The notes beneath the pieces were generated by a model. It was given only the letters and a program-made list of their open reading frames with translations. It did no database searches and had not been told where the DNA came from. Made by a program: the position numbers and the translations under genes. A DNA stretch of 63,350 bases, the filler included, from Reticulomyxa filosa (taxonomy: Eukaryota > Protista > Foraminifera): NCBI GenBank assembly GCA_000512085.1. It is 16 parts of 16 records of this genome, joined end to end, with 100 filler letters (N's around TTAATTAATTAA, not from the genome) between each part and the next. Parts side by side here need not be neighbours in the genome. Positions count along the whole stretch, not along the records: positions 25,616 to 26,924 come from ASPP01009802.1; positions 27,025 to 33,797 come from ASPP01001162.1; positions 33,898 to 35,551 come from ASPP01047743.1; positions 35,652 to 38,005 come from ASPP01014762.1; positions 38,106 to 50,756 come from ASPP01019969.1; 11 more parts are not named here. One strand, written 5' to 3'. The number at the start of each line of letters is the position of its first letter. Positions within the stretch are counted from its first letter, which is position 1. This document shows, piece after piece, positions 25,616 through 38,761 of this stretch.

Positions 25616-26924
25616 TTTTTTTTAAAAAAAAAGAATTAACCCTCAGGCGTAACACCGACTGCAAAAGCCCCCAATCCCATGGTCATCATGCAAAAGGTGA
25701 GAAGCATTTCTCCCGCGCGGGTGTTCCACTTCCTTGCGGCTTTGATATGTACAGCGACCAGGGAATACGTGCGCGTGGACCTGGAGCGCGACCTGTCGGT
25801 CTGCTTGAACTCCACCAATATCTTCTGCAGCGCCCATTCGGACAGCACGCTAAACTGCGGGTCCAATGAACAGAACACCCGTTCTCTGGGAAACGGAAGC
25901 AATCGACACGACGTGTTTTCCAATTCCGCTTTAAAATAAGCCGTAAAATCTTGGCACTTTTTTTTTTTTTTAAAAAAAAATAAAAAAAAGATGATTATTT
26001 ATAAAAACTTAAAAAAGATTGCCATTGATATAATTCATTATATAAAGATACATATATACATATACATATATATATATAAATATATATATATGTATATATG
26101 TATATCCCCCCCTCCCTTTTTTTTTCAAAACATCAAAAGGAAAGTTTTCCAATTCCATTTCCTCCGCAAAGATGACATCAGCTTCGTAGCGACATTTAAC
26201 CCACTGGCCATGATTGGGGTCGAATCCGAGCAGTTGGATGAACCTTTCATCGCCAGGCTTCCACGAGGAGCGAAGCTGCGAGTTGTTCGTGGCATTTCTT
26301 ATTTCATATTTGGGGTCTTTTTTTTATTCAAGTTTTTTAAAAGTTCAAACATTCAAAAAATTTTAATGTTTGAACTTTTACCCCTTTTTTTTCCCCCTCT
26401 TTTTTCTTCTTCTTAAAGTTCAATTTTTTTTTTTTTTTTTAAAAAAAAAGGGGGGAAGGCATATACATATACATATATATGTATACATATATATATATTT
26501 ATATATATATTTATATATGTGTGTATATGTCAGATTTGCGAAACGGTGCTCTTCGAATTGAAGGACTTCGACAGCATTAGTGAACTCGACCCTCGGAATC
26601 CAACGGGGATACCAATGCTTGGGCTGGTTGAGTCTCTGAGTTTCTCGAATTGCGTTTTGATAGTCGCGATACTCTTCCTTGGTCGCCAGCCACGTCAGAT
26701 AGTAGTGAAAGCGACAGCGAAATGTCTCTTGCGTCGTGTTGATGTCGCAGATGCGCTTGATTTTGCACTCCCAAAACACCAAACGCAAGTTCACTTCTTG
26801 CAAAGCCATTCTTCGCGACTCGCTCAGACTATCTCCCACTCCTGCTGCAATTGTTGCCAGAGTTTCTTTTGGGTCTGCTTCCGTTGCTTTTGGGGATAAA
26901 TTGTTCAATTTCTTTTTATATACA
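25616..26924 (-). CDS. Cys-less (Pro-loop) pentameric ligand-gated ion channel, internal fragment
   Basis: DINTTQETFRCRFHYYLTW, WIPRVEFTN, EMELENFPFD|CQDF, VLSEW, and KAARKW before M1. Introns 26317-26544 and 25957-26131 keep the frame. Confidence 0.85.
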
Positions 26925-27124
26925 NNNNNNNNNNNNNNNNNNNNNNNNNNNNNNNNNNNNNNNNNNNNTTAATTAATTAANNNNNNNNNNNNNNNNNNNN
27001 NNNNNNNNNNNNNNNNNNNNNNNNTATATGTATATATATATGTATATGTATATATATATGTATATGTATATATCATATATATTTATGTATCGCCGATACA
27101 TAAATATGAAATAAACAAATATAG

Positions 27125-28543
27125 ACATTACCCGGTGTGCTGCATACTGTATTTCGCAGTAAAAACGCAGAAGTGATCGATAGTGGCTGTCGCTGCGTTG
27201 CAACGTTGATTCGACTGAGCGCAGATCGTCTTCTGAAATGGCAAAATGACGAAAATAGCACGACAAACGGCGGAATGATTCCAGACATACTAAAAATGAT
27301 TGAGAAAATATTACATCCCAGTTTGGCGTGTGGCGACAGTGGAATATTAAAAATAGGAACTTTGTTGAACGAGTTAATATTAAAACTCGGTAAGCATTTG
27401 AATGAAAAGATATTAACCCAATTACTTGTACTTGTCATTCAGCGATTGCACATGGCTTATTTGACTGAGTTGAAACAGCACTTACTCATTGTGTTGCTGC
27501 GATTGGTGTTACTTTACGACAAAAACGTCATTACTTTTTTGTCCAAACACAACAACGGGTATTTGACTGTTCCCGTCTTTGACAAAAAAAGCCTGCTCAG
27601 TACCAACCGAAGCGAGGAAAAAGAGAAAGAAAACGTATCACAACAACAATATACTCAAATTGCGACCCTATCTTTTGTTATGAATGCATGGTGTGAACAT
27701 CATCCCGTGCTCATGTATCCTTATTATATCAAAATCAGTTTGGCAGCCATGTGTAAGCTGTTGCAAATCAAAGTGGAGTGTCTCTACGACATTACCACCA
27801 ATGGCTACCAACTTGACATGGAAAATACTCGACGCACTAGAAGTCAAGGCGCAGGTTACAAAGAAGGAAAAACAGTGGACTCTACAGACACTGGCGGGGA
27901 GAAAAGTAAAAGAGAACAGAGGAGGGAGAGAGAGACAGAACAAAAATTGTTTCAATCTAAATAAACTGTCAATAAAAAAAAAAAAACAGTTCCCTTTTCC
28001 AAAATGCCATTACTAGCAAAATTTCTTCAATTGATCGTACATACTGCAATGGATGACACGGTTTCGCAAGACCCTTTTGGTGATCCGAAAGATCTCGCTG
28101 AAGATGAATACGAAGATGACGAAGACGAATGGGACGAATTCAATGATGTCGAAGACGATGTCGGTAGCACTGGTCCATCTTCGATGGCTAATAAATCACA
28201 TCAATCCCGCGATTCTCGTAAGCCGAATAAAAATTCAGATCACAACAAAGAAAATGACGACGATGACGAAGAATGGATGCCCACTCGGGAAGACTTTCAA
28301 ACCTATAAAAAAGATGCAATTGACAACATGGATGCAATGTTGTATGGATCAACTCCATATAACCAAGAAATTACTGAATGTCCAGAAGCGCTCGATGATC
28401 CATTATATCAAATTAATGTACAATCACATATCACGACTTTCCTCCAAGGTTTTGCAGCCAATGACTCGCAGACGTTCAATAAATTAGTAAAAGAATTAAA
28501 TACTATTGATCAAACTCATTTGAAAAAAATGTTGCAACAATAG
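27125..28543 (+). CDS. IPO9: Importin-9-like protein, C-terminal part
   Basis: Helical repeats, then RRTRSQGA|VPFSKMPLLAKFLQLI (intron 27855-27989), an acidic loop and DDPLYQINVQSHITTFL, as in the importin-9/Kap114 C-terminus. Confidence 0.8.
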
Positions 28544-28912
28544 CTGAAGAGAGAAGCACAAATGCTTACTATTGAGTGGTTTTGTAATGTTTTTGTTTTT
28601 ACTCTTGTTCATGATTGGGGGTTTTTTAAAAATTTGGAAACTATTTATCAAAAGAAGTTGATTTTTATTTATTTATTTTTTTCTTTCAAGGTACAACATT
28701 TTCACACGTAGAATGTCATCAAGTTTCAAAACTTCTAATTATACTTTTTTCAATGCTTGAGCGTAATATGCGTGGATAATTACAGTTAGAACAAATCTGT
28801 GGATTTTCTTTGCTATACACAAGCTCTCACATTGTTTATTCGTTTCATCGGATATCTTGAACGAGACAATTTTTAACCTTTAAAAAACCTGCAATCCTTT
28901 TAATAATAATAA

Positions 28913-31118
28913 ATGGCTTCGAAAACTCCGAGACAACTGAAAAAATCTAAATCAACATTTGGACGAGCAGAAAAAGCAGGAGAAAATGGAGAAGAGAAGG
29001 ATAAAAAAAGTGTAATGTTGAAATTGAAAACGAAAAGCGTAGCAAATGTGGAAGAGAAGAAAGAAAGCAAAAAAAAGAAACCGGATGAAAACAAGACAAA
29101 AAAAGAGAGGAAGAAACCAGTAATGGAGGACCCCAAAAAAGTGATGGGATCAAGAGGACGATCTCCACAGCCGCCTTTGAAAGGCAAAAAAGGAGAATCA
29201 AAAGAAAAAAAATCCACAAAAAAGCCGGGAGATAAGTTGGGATTGAACGCACTGTTGCAAATGCTGAGTCAATGTGAAGACCCATGGGATATGCGCCTAT
29301 TCAAAAAGTTGTTATTTGAATACTTTCGAAACGAAGTAACATTTAACGACCACACACAAATGACAGTAGCAGCCAAATTGAGTTCAGAATGGGTGCAAAA
29401 GGTGTCTTTGCAGATCCAAAACACAGAGGAGTACAAACGACTTACCCCCGAAAATAAAGCCAAATTGGCACAAACTTTGCAATCGTATATTTTGAATGAC
29501 TTGTGGAATCACGAAGAAAATATGAAAGCAATTAAAATGTTAACGGATAAAGACTACGTGCAGCCATTGGAAGAATACATTGGCTTGGGTTAAACTATAA
29601 CATATCCTCGCTTTGCTTCATCCACTCATTCGTTTTGTTTATTTTTAGTTTTTTGTCTGCCCCTTTGTTTATTTACAGAGGACATCAACTATGCAGAAGA
29701 CTTTGGAGATTTAAATGAAAATGACTTTGAGATCGAGCCTGGAGCTGTCCATCAGCTGTTGGAAAGGTTGGAAGATGACGTTGTGGCTCCTGTTTTGTCT
29801 GCTTATGACAACGGATTTTTTGACAATTGCATGAAACGATCCAAAAGAAGGGCGTTTGAATTGGACTTTGCTGGATGTTATTTTATATTTATATGTGCAT
29901 ATGTATATATATATTTATTTTTTTTTTTTTTGAAGTAAAAAAAAATAAATTTGGTCTGAACTTTTTTTGTGGTTGTAATCTATTTGTCGTGTTCCTTCCC
30001 ATGTGAAGATGAAAAGATGGATGACGACGAATTAATTTCGGGCGCTCAAGAATTGGAAGCAGCAATCAAAGGCAAAGGCAAAAGTGAAGAGCACGGCGAC
30101 GGCTTGGAATTGGCCGACGTCGCGGCAACGCTCGCAATGGATTTAACAATGGACTGGACTGAAGGAGATGATGACGACGACAGCGAAAATGAACAAAAGC
30201 GAAGCTCATGGGCAAGCAAACTGAGTTTGGAAGATGGATCCATAGACGGCAAAGATAGCTATCTAACGAAAAACAAAAATGACGATGCTGCATTAGACGC
30301 GCTGATCAAAATACCAGTTTTTCCGAAAAGTGGAAACTCACGCGATCAATTGGATCGTCCTCGACGTAGTGTGCTGCAGCTTATGTCAATGGACGAAAAG
30401 AAGACTGTGACACCCACAGAAAAGATTGATGAACAGGATGACGACAATGACGACATTGGATTGGACAACGTCGATATGATGGATTCTGGCATGGATCCAG
30501 AAATCGAGTTGAATTTGGGCATTAATTTGGGTATCAATGCAAAGTCTGCGTCCTCGTCCAATCTCGATGCCAGAAAGGCCATTTTCGAAGATAAGAAATT
30601 GGATGTCCCACCCAAAAAATCCCTCTGGGATCCGCCCACTCTCGAAACAAACGACGACGAAGAGGAAGAGCATACACATGAGGAAGACGAACACGAAGCA
30701 CATCCTGAAGAAGATGACATTGAAGAAGATATCAGTGCCGTGATCACGCCTCAAGGCAAAATCACCTGGAAAGACCAACTTGTCGATGCAGAGGCTGAAG
30801 CCGAAATTGAAATAAATGACGACGAACCCGAGATTTCTCTCAAAAAACAAGACGATCTATTGGAAGACGAAGAATTCGTAGAAGACATGGAACTGGAGTC
30901 TGTACGGGTCAGAAAGGACATTGGAAAAGGACTGAGAATCGAAGTGGACGCTGACGCCGATGCAGAAGCAGAGGCTGATGCTGATATTGAAGCAGAGGCG
31001 GAAATGGAAGTGGAGCCAGATGATATCATCGAACATGAGATGCCAGAAGAGGAAGAAGAGGCTGTTGAGGAAGAAGAAGCTGTGGAGGAGGAAGAGGCTG
31101 TTGAAGAAGAGGCCGTGG

Positions 31119-31149
<31 letters not shown>

Positions 31150-33424
31150 GAAAAAGAAGGAAGACACATTTGAGAAATTGGGTTGGAATGAAACACACTA
31201 TTATCGAAATCATTACCGTGTATTGAATAGACGATTTAAAGATGCACGATATCGACCAGTGGGATGGAAATGTATATTCCATCATCGACATGGAGATGAA
31301 AAGAATTTTAATAAAAGTTTTGTAACAGAAGAAATGCCAATAATAGCATATGAAGAATCATATGGAAAAAATTTATGGTGGTTTAGTGCAAAAATGGATA
31401 TGTATGGAGGATATAAAAGAAAAGGATTACAAGATTATCAAATAAAAATGGAAGATGAAATGAGTGAAGATAATGATAAAATAAATGATAATCATAATAA
31501 TAATAAATATCAAATAAAAGATATACAATTACCTACATTTGTATATGATTTACGTGATATTGAAAAATATTATTGGTTTCCTTTTTTAAATGATGAATCA
31601 CATGGTGTAAAAAATAATGAACAAAAAGAAGCAGAAAATTATTTTGCAGAAAATGAATCAATAGATAATGAAACAAATGGTGATGAATTTAATAATATAA
31701 AATGGTATACATATCGTATTCGTATATGGAAATATTTAGGACCAAAAAGAAGAATGGAAAATGAGAAAGCATTTGATCGTTGGTATGGTAGTGTAGATGA
31801 TGAAAATTGGGGATTAATGATAGATCATATATATTTAAGAAATGCAGTAATAACACAAAAAGCAACAAAAGGATTTGTAATGAAATATCATATATGGAGA
31901 AAAGATTATGATGAAAGAACATTTGGTGGTTATGATAGTGGTTATGAAGAATTTAAAGATGATTATAAACCATTTAAAGAAGAAATGGATTTTACATATG
32001 ATAATACATATAATAAAAGAGCTAATGATGAATTAGAACATGTAATGGAACATTTTAATAGTGAAGATACACGTATTTTACCATATACATTAAATGATAA
32101 AGGAAGTATATGTGCATTAAGTTTAGATGATATAGAAGAAACAGATGTATTTATAATAGGTTGTCCAGATATACAAACACAAGAATGGTATCGTGATTGT
32201 AGAATACAAATAGATACATTTGTTCCAGAATTAATGAATTTATCAATAATATCAAAACAAGATATACGTTGTGAAAGAGAAGATTATGGTGATGTAAGAG
32301 GACGTCCAAGAGTAAGAGATGATATGATAATAAATAAATGTAATCCAGTTATAGAATATGCATATGGTAATTGTAAAAATGATAAAACAATGCAAGTTAA
32401 ATTTTATCGTAAATCTGGTGAATGGTATCCTATGCAATGTGAACATCAAATTCGTGTACCTTTATTTTATAATACATATATAACTAATATGCAAAAATTT
32501 GAAGATCCAGAAGATAGTGATTATAGTGCTAGAATGGATTATGAATGGGGATTTGATAGTGATTATGCTAAACAAAGAATTGGTAAAGCACCTTGGTTAC
32601 ATTGTAGTGCTTTATTTTTTAATAATTTTGCTTATAATCATTTTGGTATGAATTTAGGTATGAGAAAATCTATTTATGCTATGACATATGAAATGGATAA
32701 TAATTGGATTGGTGAATGGGATGATAAAGATAAAGATGAATGGACTATTTGTTTTGGTTTTACATATCCTATGGCACAATTAAATCCTTCTTATCTTATT
32801 TATAAAAAAGATACTTTTGAAGTTAAAATAGCACCTAAAATTATTTCTGAAAATAAAGATCTTAAAGATAAACCAGAATTTAGAGAAGAACGTCTTCAAA
32901 TTAAACTTAAACATATTGGTAGTAAAGATACTATACTTCTTGATACTGTACTTCGTAGTGAACAAGATTTTTCACATAATAATACTAATGAAGATGAATA
33001 TTTTGTTATTACACATCCACAAACTAATGATACTATTATGAAAAGTTGGCCTAAATGCTTTTGGCAAAATTCTCATATTGTTTTTATTACTAAACTTTTA
33101 GATGGTACTTGTAATGTTTATCTTGATGGAATCTTAGTTAATTCTTGTTCTATTCGTAGAAAATCTAAAATTAAATCTGAATGTCTTGGTGAAGAAGAAT
33201 GTTGGAGATTTGGTCATGGTATTCGTGGTGATAATACTGATAATATTGATTTTGCTTTTCATGGATATTTATTTGATCTTCTTCTTCTTCCTATTTCTCT
33301 TCCTCCTTTTGATCTTCAAGGTCTATTTCGTTTTTATTTGGCTAGAAGACATCTTCATTTATTATATTTGGAAGATTTTTGGTCTCGTCGTTATTCTGAT
33401 GGCTCTTCTTCTCTTCCTTTTTAA
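28913..33424 (+). CDS. Large (~1430 aa) unknown protein: Lys-rich N-terminus, acidic linker, aromatic-rich globular region, C-terminal LamG/ConA-like domain
   Basis: Introns 29589-29678 and 29877-30008 join ORF 28913-29593 to 29969-33424 in phase. The C-terminal WQNSHIVFITK..TCNVYLDG..WRFG..FHGYLFDL resembles LamG-like jelly rolls. Confidence 0.7.
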
Positions 33425-33897
33425 AATTTCAATGTTTCACCTTTTTTTTTTTTTCGACAAGTTCATCAAGCTTATCTATTGCATTCTTTTTTTTTTGTAA
33501 ATTGTGTTGATTTGCTCTTTTCTTCAACTTATCGTGCTGTCTTCTTGAAATTTCAGATTGATCTTTTGCATTTCGACTAATCAGTGCGGAAATTTAAAAA
33601 AACTATCAATTATTTCAATATAGGGCTTCAAATTTTTATTGAAAACGAAAACAATTTTTTTTTTCAATTAAAACATCATCAAAACGTATGTCAATTAATT
33701 TTTTTATAATAATTTTTGAAAAAAAAATTATCTATCACGATATTCTCTAACGAGAAGCAGCCCCCCAGGTTCGCCCTCCCCGACCCAAGCCAACTGCNNN
33801 NNNNNNNNNNNNNNNNNNNNNNNNNNNNNNNNNNNNNNNNNTTAATTAATTAANNNNNNNNNNNNNNNNNNNNNNNNNNNNNNNNNNNNNNNNNNNN

Positions 33898-35551
33898 AAT
33901 TCTGTAATTAATTGTTCATATAATTTTCTTATTTTTGGTGGGGTATATCACCTAATACACGATTAGCTAATATTTCTAATGTAGATAATAAATATTTCTT
34001 GTAATAATTTTTCCATATTATTATGATTTTCTTGATTAGTATCTTTACTTAATTTTTTAAAATTATTATCTACTATTTCTGACCAGCGAATTTGTGTAGC
34101 TAATAATGCTACTTGTGCTGGATATCTTCCTATCCATGCAAAATATGCTTCTATATCATCTGGTGATGCTAATGTAAATCTCATTTGATATTCTACTTGT
34201 TTGTATTCTTTCTGATTTATTTACATCAATAGATTGTTTAAATATAACCACCAAGTATAATTGATTCATTTTCTGGATGTAAACGTATTTGTGCTATACC
34301 AGTAAATATTTTAGCTAAATGACGATTAATAGCTTTAGGATCTTTTGAACTACCTATTATTTCTAATAACAATACAATAAAATCTAGAAATATTCATTTA
34401 ATGCTTTTTGTATAGTATTTAATGTATATTTTGATTAGTTTCTAACATTTGTAATAAATTTTTTTTCTGCAGTTACCCAATGATCTTGTTTTATACCACG
34501 CAATTAATTGTCAAAGCCTTTACATTTTTGATACATATAACCTAATAATTTTTGTACATCTGCACTATTATTAAAAACACCTTGTAAATATAAACCCATC
34601 TTCTTTTTGAACATCTACCATAACATCAAATATAGCTTGTGTGCAGCATTTAATTTTTCATTCCATGTAAAACCTTTTCTTTCAAATGCTTTATAAAAAG
34701 GTGATTGTTTCATAGACATAACATTAGTTAATGCTTCTCCAACATCTTCTCTTAATTCTGTCCAATTTTTAACTAAAGGACATTTACCTTTATAATCAAC
34801 TAATTCAAAAAATGTTTTATTCCATTTTTCATTTATTTCATTTAAAAAATTTTCTACATTACTTTTACCACGTGCTACAATAACTAATATCTGCAATAGG
34901 TTTTAGCAAATTTTAATAAATCTATATTCCATATATCTTCTAAATTTAAACCATTAGGTTCTACTACATTTGTATTATTATTCTTTTTTAAATTTAATAC
35001 TTTATCTACTTCATTCCAATATTTTTGTCTTAATACACCACAACACCACAAGATAAATCACCAAATATATTTTTATTCATTTTTTGTTTATTTTTTAATG
35101 TTGATACAAATTTATTATATGCTTGATATTATCTTATTTCTCTTAATGTTTTACCTAATACTTTAGTATCCATACCAATAAATTTTTGTTTACCAATATT
35201 ATCTAATTCATCTTGTCTATCAGATAATACTTTATGTACTTCTTTTGATTCTATTAATCCTTTACGTATAGTATCTAACATTCTTTCTATTTCCATTTCT
35301 TCATCATTTTGTGCTACTTCTATTACTACACGCATAGCTTTTTTAGCATTTTTAACATCTGCACGTGTAAATAATAATGTACGAAATGCATTAATTAAAT
35401 TGTTCTTGTTGTTTATTATCTGATTATATTAAATTTACTTTGTATTAATGAAAATATTCTCATATCATTTGCTGTTGCTATTTTATGTAATAATCTACCA
35501 TCCATAGCATTATTTCTTGCACCTTCTAATGCAAATCTTAATATACCTTTT
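33898..35551 (-). pseudogene. DYNC1H1: Decayed cytoplasmic dynein heavy chain fragment (tail/linker region)
   Basis: ENFLNEINEKW..ELVDYKGKCPLVKNW..SMKQSPFYKAFE..WNEKLN, YLQGVF, IQKALNE, RHLAKIFTGI, and WIGRYPAQVALLATQIRWSE. Multiple frameshifts and internal deletions. Confidence 0.88.
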
Positions 35552-35651
35552 NNNNNNNNNNNNNNNNNNNNNNNNNNNNNNNNNNNNNNNNNNNNTTAAT
35601 TAATTAANNNNNNNNNNNNNNNNNNNNNNNNNNNNNNNNNNNNNNNNNNNN

Positions 35652-35692
<41 letters not shown>

Positions 35693-37481
35693 GTATTAAC
35701 TCGAAAAGACTCTGTTTCGTATCTTATCATCTCATACTTGTCAAACTTTTCGGATGATTTCCATTTCTTATACACTGCTCCTAAAGCGCCGTTTTGAATT
35801 TTATTCACAGTATTTTTGATAGTACGTGAATCCATATTTGCTTTACGCTTTTCCTGACTTGCCACGTAGTGACTTTGCAAAATGAACAGTGCGTGATAAA
35901 ACAAAAAGATACTGATAAACAGGCCGATCCATGTGTAATTGGTAATGACATGAATGTGAGGAGCAAGGGCATTTTGGACAAAAATAGCAACGACGTATAA
36001 ATAACTACAGAAAAAGTATTTGTTCATATACGTGAGAACGGGTGTTTTGGGGACTTCAACAAACATCAAAGCCAGTAAAAGACCAAGAACAATTTGCAAT
36101 CGAGACGCAACATCGTCACTAGGTATTGCAAAAGTGGTCAATGATAATGCGCACACTCCAGAAGTTAAGAATACGTAGTTAATCAGCACTGGTCGGAAAT
36201 CACGAGCACATTTCAACAAAATACAAACTTCAGAGGCTTCAGAGGCTTTAGAGGCTTCAGAGGAGGAGGAGGAGGAGGAAGAGGAGGAGGAGGAGGAGGA
36301 GGAGGAGGAGGAGGATAGATCTAACCAAAACTCAGTCATCAAATTTTGAACTTTGAAAGTACCCAAAGAAGCTACTTCGCTGGAAATTTGAATAAAACGT
36401 TCATTTTTGCTATCCATGTTCCACCTCGCTGGTAAAAGCGTATCAAAATTGCCTGGCTTGATTCTCAAAGGAATGTCCTGATAATCGAAGGGATAATTTT
36501 CCAATTCAAATGGCTCATCAATGGTGCATTCGATTTCATATTTGATTGTATTGAAAAGGCCAAATGCTGGTATATTCATATCCAAACCAAAAGATGGTAC
36601 ATCTCCTTCAATTTCCCATGACTGTGCTTCATTGGCAGTGCAGCTTGCAGTGAGCTTATGCATAATGTTAGTTCCAACAAACTCTTTAATTCCTAAATAA
36701 AAGCCGGCATGTCTCAACGATGATATTTTAAATCGAGCGCCATCTATGCTTCGAGATATTTCCCAAATTTGAGATCGTGAACGAGGCCTTTTTTCCTTAT
36801 TGGCGCAGTTGCCAAATCCATTACAAGTCAGATACAATTTTTTGCCTCCGTTTGATCCATTTTCCGCATTTCCAATTGCTTGATTTTCCTCACTTGATGT
36901 TTTCTCTACGTATTCAAGCATCACGCCCATGTCCAGTGCACGTACTGTAAACGTAAGTGCTTTGTTCTTGCTCACTTTCTTGGCAATGATTTGCGGCTTT
37001 AGTTTTCCTGGAGACATCACTAATGACACCCTCTTATTCCAAAAGGTCGTAAACAGTTGAATTTTTTTCCCGTCCAAAGTTTTGGCAATATTTTCATACT
37101 TATGTAATTGGTCAACGAATTCATCGTCAAACAAATGTCTCACATTTACTGCTCGCGCTTTGTCTATAACTACGCTTGCCACATTTCGGGCTGTCGTAAT
37201 CTCCAGCTCGGGCTTGAATGTAGGCTCGTATTCCTCTTGTCTGTCCGATGTCTGTGAATATCGCAAATAATCCTCTTGTTCAAATAACCATTGCAATCGA
37301 ATTTGGAATTTGATTTTGCACTCTGCCCTTGCTTCTTCCAATTTTTCTTGAATATCCAAATGTATTATTTGCAGACTCATATAACATAATCTCGATATCA
37401 CCTCCATGGATTTGCTTGGTATTCGATTGACCTATTTTTCATTTTTTCATTTTTTTTTTTTTTTTTAAAACAAATAATAAT

Positions 37482-37521
<40 letters not shown>

Positions 37522-38005
37522 CTTTAAACAAACCATGGTCAAACGTGCATTCCTTGGGTCCTTCTTTTTTCTTCCATCCTTTCGGAAGCTCAATGACATT
37601 TTCATAAGTGAACAACGAAAGTAACCACTACCAAATGATCTCGTCTGCATTTCCTGCGTAACGTTGATATCTTTGATCACCACTTCTGAATCGGGCATTT
37701 TTTGCAGCCACTTTACTTGAACATAGCAATATTCGCACAATATAAGATGCTGCTCTACATTTAAATTGTCGTCACTATTTCTGTCGCAAGTGAAATACGT
37801 CTTTGCTTCTGCTAGTTGACGCGAGCACGAGTAGCAAACTACATTTTCCATTTGTTGTTTTTCATCCATTTCATCTTTTATTTGTGAGGCTTGTCGTGTT
37901 ATTTCATCGTCGTTAATCGTTTCTTCTTGTGCTTGAGTTTGTTTATATTTTTTTATTTTCGTGCAAAAGATATCATATCTCCAAAAAAAAAAAAAAACCA
38001 AACTA
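35652..38005 (-). CDS. Cys-less pentameric ligand-gated channel with N-terminal Cys-rich module and a large extracellular-domain insertion (partial)
   Basis: KIKFQIRLQW, PTFKPELEIT, EPFELENYPFDYQDI, LKCARD, four TM helices with DVASRLQIVLGLLLA and VPKTPVLTYMNKY. Intron 37432-37533 joins the upstream exon carrying CYSC..C..H..CEYC. Confidence 0.85.
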
Positions 38006-38105
38006 NNNNNNNNNNNNNNNNNNNNNNNNNNNNNNNNNNNNNNNNNNNNTTAATTAATTAANNNNNNNNNNNNNNNNNNNNNNNNNNNNNNNNNNNNNNN
38101 NNNNN

Positions 38106-38304
38106 AACAATATATCAATCTTTTTAACTCACAAACGGAATACAAATATTGATAGCCAGATTGTTCGATATTAATACCAGACTCGTACAAAGGAGTCAAA
38201 TCCAAAGTACGCCCGCTAATGTCGGACCAGTAACACACCGTTTGGGAACGGGAAAGTTTCAATACACCAGAAAAGGTGAAAAACCAGATAACCAGCATAT
38301 ACAT
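38106..38304 (-). CDS. Secreted/membrane protein with start of an MRH (mannose-6-phosphate receptor homology)-like domain, 3'-partial
   Basis: Signal peptide, then C..SGRTLDLTPL...GYQYLYSVC, which resembles the DLxPL..YxxxVC pattern of MRH/ATG27 domains. Confidence 0.5.
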
Positions 38305-38761
38305 GTTCAACTTTTTATTCTTTTTTCAAGATTTTAAAATTGGTTCACTTGAATTAGCTGTTAGTTTTTGGTCTTCATACCGAAGATATAAGCCAGTATC
38401 TGCAACTTAATTCATCAACTTGCTTTCACTCAGTCGCCAAATAATTTCAACAAGAAATACATCTACCTTCATATTTGAAAAAATGTTAATACGAATATTT
38501 TGAGGATATGAAATTAACAAAAGTGAAAATTGGTCTTTTTGGTTAGATAATCCAATCACAAACAGATCAGACGATTTTGAGAAGGGAAAAAAAGACTGCA
38601 AAAAGCATTTGAAATTTGAGAGAACAAGAAACTTTTAAATCAAAGAAAACAGTCTGATTTTTGATTAAAACAAGTGCAAAAAAAAACCTAAATCGAGAGT
38701 GGAAATGGTAACATAGCACCATAAAAACTTTTATTTATATGAGGTGGAAAAAAAAAATCTC

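Noticed and set aside
33755-33797. GC-rich stubs at contig ends (also 7623-7660)
   Set aside because: Too short, and not similar to each other. They may be edges of collapsed repeats but cannot be assigned.
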